Shown here: piece after piece, positions 1 to 64,000 of the stretch
Layout: each line of letters starts with the position of its first letter
Position numbering within the stretch: the stretch's first letter is position 1
From: Amoebidium appalachense
Taxonomy: Eukaryota; Protista; Ichthyosporea
NCBI GenBank assembly: GCA_963693365.1
Contig: CAVNZM010000002.1
Coordinates: 1,426,001 to 1,490,000, forward strand
Length of the DNA: 64,000 nucleotides
Direction of reading: 5' to 3'
Program-made: the position numbers and the translations under genes
The notes under the pieces: model-generated
What the model was told of the DNA's origin: nothing
Seen by the model: only the letters and a program-made list of their open reading frames with translations
Database searches by the model: none

Positions 1-34
1 CCTCCCCCCCCCCTCCCCCCACATCTCCGCTCAC

Positions 35-100
<66 letters not shown>

Positions 101-784
101 GAACTTTCCCCAACCCTTCATTATCAGACACCCACCCACTACCTACACCCAGGGCCATACCGACGTGCTCTCAACTTCCATAATTGTACTGCATACTGGC
201 AGAACCTGTGTCTGCTAACAAAGGAAAAGCAACTTATGGCAAACTATGAAAAAAAAATGTTTCGACTGAAGGCAAAGGGTGTTCTGTACACAGTACTAGG
301 TTGGTTAGGAATGAGAGCCATGAAACTGGGAGGGAATAATGATTGAGAAAATGTGTAGTCATTCTCACAACTTGAGTATCCTCCTCCCCCCTCCCCCGCC
401 CCCCCCCCCCCCCCCCCGAAAAAAACAAAAAAAAACCCCGCTGCCCACCCAACCCTCAGACACACATGCACGGGAACACAACCCTCTCTCTTCCTCTCCC
501 ACTGTCCGCTCTCCTACCTCCCGTTGCTTTTCGTTCTCTTCCTGCTACTTTCAATGGTTCGCTGCTTCCTCTAAAGGTTTAGGTTGCCTGGTTGGAAGGT
601 TGATAAAGGGCAAAAAGGGAGAGGGGAGAGGGGGAGGGGGGGGGGGGGGGGGGGGGGGTATGCATTAGATGTGGCACCATGGAAACTCGGACGTTGAAAA
701 ACCACCAAGATCCAAACATAAAACTCCATCAAAACATGCAGGCAAGTACGATTATCCGGGGGGAGGGGGAGGGGAGGGTTTAAC

Positions 785-903
785 CTTTGACAAGACTCCC
801 GGCTGTGGCCAGGAAAAAAGTGACAAAGCGCACATGGGCAGCAGCAAGCACCCAATTCATAATGCCGTAGGGGTAGGGTGCTATGCGCAGTAGCAGCACT
901 AGC

Positions 904-944
<41 letters not shown>

Positions 945-947
945 GTT

Positions 948-1007
<60 letters not shown>

Positions 1008-1306
1008 TGTGTGTGTTTGTGTGTGTGTGTGTGAGGGTTGGTGTGTGTGCGTGTTGTATGTGCATGTGTGCGTGTGTGGACGGAGGTGTTGCCATGTGTG
1101 TTTTTGAACTAGAAGGTGATGCACAAGTGGGGGGGGGGGGGGGGGGGAGGGAGGGAGGGAGAGAGAGAGAGAAAGACGACTTGCAGGGAGAAATAATAAA
1201 GGATAAGCTTTTCAGTGTTTGGGTCCATATGCAATAGTCACCCAACCAGCGTGTATGGGTCATGCACAGCCCAGGCACCAGCCGAACCCCCCCCCCCCCC
1301 CCCCCC

Positions 1307-1338
<32 letters not shown>

Positions 1339-3137
1339 ACACACACCAAAAAACCAAGCCCATAGCGAACACTTGCGCGTTCACGTCCGAGAAAACATCC
1401 ACACCCTCCCCCCTCCCCCTCTCCTTCAACCTCTCTCCACCCCACTCCCCGCCCCCTTTCATCTGTTTCCCAATCCCCTTTCCCCTCCCTATGCACTTCA
1501 GTGCACACACACACACACACACACTCTCTCTCTCTCTCTCATCACTACATCCCTCTCCCCACCCCCCCCCCGTCCCCGCGCTGTCCAGCCCCACCGCCAT
1601 TGCCCCCGCACACATACACACCCACTCGCCCATACGCACCCATGCCCACCCACACATCTGCACACACCCTCACCCTCACACCTACACCCCTGTATATACC
1701 CATGCAGCCACACATACCCACATCCATACAACCACGCACACCCGCTCAACCACCCCCATCCACCCACACCTATCCTTATACCCACCACACACCCTCCTCC
1801 CCTCATACACCCAGCCCCATCCCCACCCATACACTCCCATACACCCAAATCCCCATACAGCCCCGCCCTCACCCCTCATACACACCCATACGCAATACCC
1901 CCGCCTCCACTCACACCTACCCCCACACCCATACACACACACCCGCACACCTTCAGGCCCTCGCTCTCCACCGCTCTCTTCATGGCTGCATATCTTGGGT
2001 ATCTCCTGATCCAGTCATCCTTGTGGCTCCTACCCAATACACCACACCATCAGCACATCTCTTATGTTGCCTGTCCTCCCCCCTCCCCCCCCCCCCCCCT
2101 CCCTCCCCCAGATACACTCAGGCCCGCCCTGTTAGCGATATACATAGCTGAGCCCCCCCCCCCCCCCCCCCCCCCTTCCCCCCCCCCCCCCCGCCCCCTC
2201 CCCCCCCAATGTTTGCCGGCTTTATCTTTTTTCTGGAAATCTGGAGTTCTTCTCAAAAGCCTATAGGCTCCCGCCTTTTCGCATCAAAACTTGCCCCTGC
2301 AGCCCAGCCCCCCCCCCCCCCCCCCCCCCCCCCCTTCCCCCTCCCCCCCTTTCCCTTCCCCCACCCACTCATCACCCGGCCCGAACACACAAACACATAG
2401 TCACTTCCGTTACCGGGGTCCCCACTCCTTACCCATTCCTGCTCTCCCCCTGTCTCCGTCCCTGGCCACATCACAATTCTCCCAGTGTCACCCGACCACC
2501 ATATCCTTTCCCCCCCCCCCGCCCCCACCCACCACCACCACCACCTTCCTTACGTGTGTGATCCCTTAAGGGAGAGGTGACCATGGGGGGTTGGTTGGGG
2601 GTTTGTTTGGGTTTGAACGCACCAAACACGCCATGCAAAGATAAACCAAAGACAACGCTTTTATTTGCACAGTCACGAGTACAAAGAGGGTACAGTATTC
2701 CCGGAGCCCACGGTCACCCCTCCGCGCGCGCGCGCGTGTGTGTGTGGTGTGTGTGTGTGTGTTGGGGGGGGGGAGGGGGGGGGGGGGGAGAGGAATGTAT
2801 GCCAGGCACCTGAGCACAACATTTGCCACTGCATAGGAGCAGCAACCTCCCACCAGGGCCCCAGCATAGGCAACGAAAAATCCCCAATACCTGCACAAGA
2901 AAACAAAAACTGTCAGTTCATATCAAATACTACCCCCCCCCGGGGGGACCGGGGGGCGGTCCCCAAAGAAGTTTTCCTCCACTTCTGCTGTCACCCATGC
3001 CCTGCCTGCTTTTCTTTTTTTTTAAAAAAAGCGAGAGAAAAGGGTGTGTGGGATGGGTGGGTGGGTAGGCGGATGGGTGTTTTATTTATTATATTTTATT
3101 TCTTTGTTTATTTACTTATTTATTTTCATACTTTTGT

Positions 3138-3177
<40 letters not shown>

Positions 3178-4121
3178 GGCAAACACCGACACGCACACTA
3201 CTTCGTCTTTACGGCCAGCACTGCTGTAAATTTCTGAAAGCTATTCCCAAAGGACGTGCACTTTCTTCAAATTACGCACTTGTGTTTGTGAGAAACTGTG
3301 TGCTTGCGTAATGATGGTGTGTACGGACATGGGGCCCCGATAGTTTTGTTTTTTGTGAATGATGGATGGATCTGCAATGACATCTGTTGCCATGCACACA
3401 TGCATGACATTTCGTTGTGTGTGTGCAAGAATGTGTGCACCCAAGGGCCTGAGCACGCCATATTCTCTCCAATGTTTCACACGACTTACACGTCCAACAC
3501 CTGGTACCATCTTACCCATGTAACAGCGATGATAAGAAATTCATTGCATCTTTGAGTGGTAATAAGACCTAAAAAAAAGAGAAACCCCCCGTTGTACCCC
3601 TCCAACCCCCCCCCCTCTCCCCCTCCCCCCCCCCCACGGCCCCCCTTGGGGATTACCATGTCGCTTACCCATAGACGAAACCAATGATCATCAGTATGGT
3701 GGCATAGCCCGGTACCGGAGGAAAGGACACACAAACCATGCACAAAACCATAATGAGGACCCCCCTGTAGCAACATACTGTAAGCGAGTTGACGTGGCAA
3801 TTAAGCATGTCAGCTGACTTCGATATAATAGGAATAATAGCACATAAAAACAAGTGACAGAGCTATTTCAGTAGAGCTCATGTTCGCAATCTTTAAAGCG
3901 CCTGCGGCGTGCTGGACCAAAGAGAGATCCAAGATTACCGGCCGAATTAAGCATGAGAGCCTGTGTATGAGCAAAAAAGGCGGCAATGGTACCTGGAGAA
4001 GCCTCGTTTTTTAGGGTGTTGTGTGCACGCTAGCTTGTGTGTTTCTGTGTGCCTGTTTGCGTTTGTGCTCTCTCTCTCTCTCTCTCTCTCCCTCTGTGTG
4101 TGTGTGTGTGTGTGATGTGTC

Positions 4122-4200
<79 letters not shown>

Positions 4201-4691
4201 CCGCGTGTTCTAGCATGTGTGGTTATTTGTGGGTGTGACAGCGATTGCTTGCTTGTGCGAACACACGTGTGTGTGTGGCGTGCATGTCCTAGTGACTGGT
4301 CGAAAATTTTACCTAAACACCAGCAAGGATCTACAGTAGGGATGCACCACCAAAAAGAGATGCTAAGATCTCATCCAAGAAAATAAGGTTCACGAGATCC
4401 CGCTTCTCAAATACACTTAAAATCATTATGCGCGCAGGTGAACTCTTCTTATCCCATAAAACAAGCAAGATTCTGAACAAAGACATTCATCGATTCTATT
4501 GAGGCTGGCTGGGGTGTCACTTACAGGGGTCCGGCAGAGCGCACATAATCGGCCAATTGTACAAAAAACGCGTAGATGTTTTTCCTGTGAACCACAAAGA
4601 GAACGGTAATCACGACTGTTATAAGGGCGCAAAACACAAGTGACAAGTTCCTCTTGAGGAAGTTAGCTACTTTTCGTAATCTGTCGGTCAT
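785..4691 (-). CDS. TVP38/TMEM64-family (SNARE_assoc/VTT, DedA superfamily) membrane protein; 3' end unresolved
   Basis: Phase-consistent GT-AG exons 4525-4691, 3669-3764, 2810-2890, 1951-2029 and 785-902 give MTDRLRKVANFLKRNLSLVFCALITVVITVLFVVHRKNIYAFFVQLADYVRSAGPL-GVLIMVLCMVCVSFPPVPGYATILMIIGFVYG-YWGFFVAYAGALVGGCCSYAVANVVLR-SHKDDWIRRYPRYAAMKRAVESEGLK-LVLLLRIAPYPYGIMNWVLAAAHVRFVTFFLATAGSLVK. This matches the PPxxGY...GxxYG and LLRxxPxPYxxxN motifs of TVP38/TMEM64. The downstream exon(s) are unclear (see finding at 660-784). Confidence 0.85.
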
Positions 4692-5440
4692 CTTGTTTTT
4701 AGGTTCAATCGTTAGCGTGGGCCAACGCTGCAATGTGTGGCAACTAAATTGTGAGCGAAGAGGATTTATTAAGCTACCCTTGCTTCTCTACCTCATTCTC
4801 AAAAAGCTTTAGTTAAATCACGCCAAAAGCGCCCACGTGAAACAAAAAACAAGCAAGTCGTAATCTTTGACTAAAACGCAGTTCCACCCTTCCCCTTCCT
4901 TGTCAGAGAATGCAGTCGGGGAACTTGTTTCGATCTGCTTTTATACCAGCAGCAGCAGTGCTGCCTTAGGCCTAAATTAATCAGCAGTATTTTATAAGAT
5001 CGAACTTTGACATCCAATCAAAAAACTGTAAATATGCGATTTGTTTACGATTTGAACAGGAGATCGGGTGAAACCCGCGCCGGCGCATGCCTGGCATGCG
5101 TGCGCCTCCCGCCTGAGTCACAAGTTGAGGGTGTGGGAGAGAGTGTGTGGGTGTGTGCATGAACGTGTGTGGGTGTTTGTTTCTGAGTCTAATAGTCAAG
5201 CTTCGTTTCTGCGCAGAAAGCGTCTCGGACGCACATAACATACTTCATAACATACTTCATAAGGTTAGCTGAGTGATTAACGGCTCAATCATTACAGCTA
5301 TAGTTCTCGTTGGTGAGGGTTAACGTTTCAAACACCCCCCATAGTTGGTTGCAACCTGCAGCCTCCGGGTTTTACGCGCATCCAAGAGTATACTTCACCC
5401 GAGTCACATCGTGCTCTTTGGGCGCTGTACAAACGCAAAC
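4692..5440. promoter_or_regulatory. Probable bidirectional promoter between the TVP38-like and mS31-like genes
   Basis: Divergent start codons lie ~750 bp apart. The region is largely free of microsatellites and CpG-containing, with a CACGTG motif near 4834 and the palindrome CGCATGCC-T-GGCATGCG at 5084-5100. Confidence 0.55.
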
Positions 5441-13391
<7,951 letters not shown>

Positions 13392-13521
13392 TTATAGCTC
13401 ATGCACACAGTACCGCCTAGCATATGCAGACACTACTTCAAGCTCTCACACCACCATCTTGTATATTTGGCGAGGTCCTGTAAAATGCCCCCGCACTTTT
13501 CCACAAAAACATACAGACGCA

Positions 13522-13590
<69 letters not shown>

Positions 13591-13594
<4 letters not shown>

Positions 13595-13957
13595 TCTGCC
13601 TTAATATCTGCAGAGTGCTTTGTATGCTCTCAGCATCTGATTCACTACTATTTTCGTGCCTTAACATGCACCCGACTATCGCAATAGATATAGAGGATGA
13701 GGTGTTACAGTATGTCTGTGTCGGCTTCTGCCCCTGGCGGGTATGAGCTGCTTTGATTGGAATTTATTTGGACTCGTGGCTGGGCCATGCATCTATGTAC
13801 CAGTGAAGCTACAAGAATAAACAGGAGATTATCGTAACGTATGTTTTGATTACGAGTGCCATGCGACACACACACACTCTCTCTGCCCCTTAATATCTGC
13901 AGAGTGCTTTGTATCCTCTCAGCATCTGATTCACTACTATTTCTTGCCTCAACATGC
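13591..13957. repeat. Two ~80-bp direct repeat copies in the 3' flank of the mS31-like gene
   Basis: ctctctgcc..ttaatatctgcagagtgctttgtat.ctctcagcatctgattcactactattt....gcct.aacatgc occurs at ~13591-13670 and ~13876-13957, each preceded by (CA)n. Confidence 0.9.
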
Positions 13958-14269
13958 CATGCATCCATATCCCAGTTTGTCCATTTAAATTCTACATATT
14001 CGATTCCCTGGGTAGCAACACCTACACACATTCAGTTACTAAATGCATTCGCACACACACGGACACACCAGGATCTGCACACTGGCCAAAAAAAAAAGGG
14101 GGGGGGCTGCATATGTAGATGCGCATCCTATATATATATACACATTACACAGACCTGCGTACATGTACCGTGGTGGCCTGGGCACGCCCACCGTGTTTGC
14201 ATCGGGCCAGTCAGAGCAGGCAGCTGCATGCAGTATGTGTGCATGGCGCATGCTCTGCACTGCGAGCTA

Positions 14270-14738
14270 AATGATGTATTCTGCAAAAAGCAGAATTGTT
14301 CTGTAGAAAGCAGGATTATGGTGAAAAGCCAGAATTATTCTGCCTTGAAATTATTCTGCAAAAGCAGGATGTTTTGGAGCGATTTTGTTCTGCTGCCGTG
14401 AGCAGTCTGTGTTTCTGCTAGAAGCAGATTAATCAGGCTGCTAATTATAAAGGCGGAATAATTCTGGTCAAAGCAGGTCCCATGATTCAGAATACAATTG
14501 CAAGTGGCTTTTGCTGAATAATTTTGCTTTTGCGGAATAATCCTTTTTTAGCAGAACAATTATGCTTTCTGTTTTGCTTTTTACAGTATAATTCTGTTTG
14601 ATTTTTTTTTGTGGAAAACGTTTTTTGCAGAATGATTCTGCTCGGAGCAAGTTGATTCTGATGTGTGTGAATCTGTTGATTCTGCTGATGTGCGATGACT
14701 TCTGATTCAGCAGAATCAACTTAGTTGAAATAGGGGTC
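14270..14738. repeat. AT-rich block of GCAGAAT/ATTCTGC motifs in both orientations; probable DNA-transposon end remnant
   Basis: Many copies of (G)CAGAAT / ATTCTG(C) end in nested palindromes followed by TTGAAATAGGGGTC. No matching opposite terminus was found. Confidence 0.5.
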
Positions 14739-15507
14739 GTGAATGATTTTTAGAATGGAGCTGGCACATTGTCTGGTTATCGATTGGGTGTGCGCCTCTA
14801 TGGTATCCCGTGCTATTTGGCCTTTCAAATTGTGGGTTAATGAGACTAGCAGCCAGGCTGAGTGATCCAAGTCGTAGTGTATGATAGGGGGGTCGATATG
14901 CGGAGGCTACACGGGGTTTCCGTGTGTGAAGGTTGGTGTGGTGATCTTTTATTTATTTTGTGAATGGCACTTCATCCAGGCTTTCAAATATGGGCATAGA
15001 ATGAACAATCAAAGAATTTGACTGCCACGTACAGTCAAATTCCAATTTGGAAGGATAACATGTGTGCTAAGGGGAACCATTGATTGCATATGCATATTAT
15101 AGACCCGATCCCATGCAGGAAAAAGTAAAATGAGGTTTATTTCCTTTTCGTCAGCTCCGTCTATTTTTCAGTGGCCCAAACGGTTTTCTTGAAAGGAGCC
15201 TACAACAAAGGAGCTAAATAGGCGTAATTCTGCATCTTTACGCCATATAATTATATAAAAAGTCTAAAGGCGCTGATTTAGAAAGCAACCCCCACAGGGT
15301 GCCCACAGAACAAACACATTCGCCTTCTAAATTATCTGCTACAACTTCATCAGGTATGCGATAACCCAAGTTTGATCAAATGCCATTCACTCATACCCAT
15401 ACCAAAATAAACCTCATTCTTACACGTTCCGTTTTTAGCTCTTTCATTGAACTTGAAGAGTTTTTTGTTCTTAGACATGACATCATACATGCACAACACC
15501 ACCCACA

Positions 15508-52827
<37,320 letters not shown>

Positions 52828-53164
52828 CCTGCTTGATGCTGTGCAGCAGTGCTCGAGGCACTGCAAGACGGAGCCGCAAACCCACCCTAATTCTAAAGCG
52901 CTGAACAGCCTTCGTCGGTGCTTCCTTCGTGAATGCTGATCTATTCAGTCTATGTGACGCTCACTTTGGATATTCCGTCTCGTTGGCTCTATGATTCATT
53001 TGCTCACTTTTTCTCTTTTCTCTCTTCCTGCAAAGTCCCCGCCTTGCTTTAGAGCTCCTTTTATGCTTTTTGCAGGAGGGGAAACACCGTGACCCTGCTA
53101 GCGCTCGCTCAAAACAAGTTTTTGACGCGACGAGGTTCAAGTGAGCCGCTGCGGGCATGCTGCT

Positions 53165-53202
53165 TTCCTATTGGTCTGACAAAATAGGGAGCTTCCTATT
53201 GG
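53165..53202 (-). promoter_or_regulatory. Tandem CCAAT boxes upstream of the PARP gene
   Basis: TTCCTATTGG (minus strand CCAATAGGAA) occurs at 53165-53174 and 53193-53202, 28 bp apart and ~340-375 bp upstream of the ATG. Confidence 0.5.
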
Positions 53203-53503
53203 CGTAAAGATCTAAATACAACAGCTTTAAACTGTTGTGACTTGATTGGTTTACAGGGAAAAGTTACTATTTATGGAAGGTATCTTTAAAGACCCAACAT
53301 TCCTGCGTAGATGTCGCCCCTCTCGGCCTCTCTGGATCCTCCACCGGCCTGAGGCTGGCAGCCTGCACATGCACACGGTGCACTGGTTGCCAAGTAGTAC
53401 ATACGTGTGCATGTTCAGGTAACACGGCAACGAGATTGACAAGTAGTTTTCGTTACATATATGCCCTTGCTAATGGTGAGAGGTACTATAAAGTGTGACC
53501 GGT

Positions 53504-53556
<53 letters not shown>

Positions 53557-53572
53557 GGTCCCGGCCCCGTTA

Positions 53573-53906
53573 GGGAGCGTTGATTTTAAAACCGGGGAGG
53601 GGGTAGTAGAAAGTTTCGGGGGGTAAGGGGGTCGTGGGTACCCTCCCCCGGGGGGGGGGGGGGGGGACCCGTCTCCTCTACGGTGGTGGGTACCCCCCCC
53701 CCCCCCCCCCCCCCCTGAGGCCTCATATGTGAACATATAGTACTATATAGTACTTATAGTACTATATAAGAGCCTGGCCGGGGTGGTGGGGTACCCCCCC
53801 CCCCCTGGGGGGGGAGGGGGGGGGGACCCAACCTCTCGCAGGGTGGCGGGTACCCCCCCCTCAAAACTTGCTACTACCCCCCCCTGGCTTCAAAATCAAT
53901 GCACCC
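53573..53906. mobile_element. PIF/Harbinger (Tourist-like) MITE
   Basis: TTA TSD at 53570-53572 and 53907-53909. Imperfect ~50-bp TIRs: GGGAGCGTTGATTTTAAAACCGGGGAGGGGGTAGTAGAAAGTTT versus GGGTGCATTGATTTTGAAGCCAGGGGGGGGTAGTAGCAAGTTT. The centre is AT-rich and palindromic. Length 334 bp. Confidence 0.8.
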
Positions 53907-54378
53907 TTATTCCTGTTCACTTTGCTATCATATCGTCGGTGCTAGCGGGTCATGTTTTTTCATTCTCAGCAGTCGCTGGGTCGGGTGGGCACTTTTTGTG
54001 TCTGCTACCTTCTGAGGTAGCTCTTATTTTTAGGGGCTGCGGACGATCCGGAGAGTGGCTGATCACGTGACTCTCACTGTGTCTCCTACCCTTGAAAAAT
54101 ATCAGCCAGCGTCGATTTATTCGTACATAGGCTAGAGGGCACAGTCAGTGCGTGCCAGCTTTTGTGTATTGCCGTCTGTCCCACCTACACACGCACCAAC
54201 ATCGATCATACAGGCAATGCCCCACTCTAACTGCCCCCCTCCTCCCCCCCCCCCCCCTCCCCCCCCCCTCCCCCCCCCCCCCCCCAAGAAAAAAAAAAAA
54301 GAAAGAAAAAAAGAAAGAAACACCCATCCACACCCACGCACACCCTAACACGCATAAATACACCCAAGGCAATGTCAT

Positions 54379-63826
<9,448 letters not shown>

Positions 63827-64000
63827 CTTTAAAGGTACAAAAAGTTACTTTCGTGGTTAAAACAGGGACGTTAAAGGTGGTATAATGCAGAAAGGTTACT
63901 GATCATATTTGGACACCCATCTTGTCCATACCTTGTCCAATTCCCCAGTTGTCTTTCCTCTCTCTCAGCTCCCTGCCCCCTCCTCTAACCCCCCCCCTCC

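Noticed and set aside
53270-53365. Possible terminal exon or small gene between the DUF4955-like gene and the PARP
   Set aside because: No recognisable protein motif, no linkable upstream exon, and the neighbouring gene already ends at 54379.

Overview
A 64-kb window of an intron-dense eukaryotic nuclear genome, probably a unicellular holozoan or similar protist (inferred from gene content, not proven). Introns are packed with (CA)n/(GT)n/(CT)n microsatellites and poly-C/poly-G runs, so almost all ORFs in the supplied track are artefacts. I rebuilt four spliced genes by hand from GT/GC-AG junctions and reading-phase continuity. (1) A TVP38/TMEM64 (VTT/DedA-like) membrane protein gene on the minus strand, starting at 4691. 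(2) A head-to-head, 10-exon, plus-strand gene (5441-13391) resembling mitoribosomal protein mS31. (3) A ~60-exon, ~37-kb minus-strand gene (52827-15508, about 2,100 aa) encoding an ankyrin-repeat/WGR/PARP of the PME-5/tankyrase-like type. It carries an N-terminal chromodomain split over four small exons, which no single ORF shows. (4) The 3' part of a minus-strand gene (>63826-54379) encoding a bacterial-type DUF4955-like beta-helix protein with a C-terminal CBM4/9-like module. Also present: two intact intronic tRNAs (Gln-CTG, Arg-CCT), at least three MITE-like elements, two minisatellites built from exon-end/splice-donor duplications, a cluster of GC-AG introns, and a candidate structured intronic RNA. 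The best candidate for an undescribed system is the chromodomain-ankyrin-WGR-PARP. No database searches were run; family assignments come from recognised motifs.
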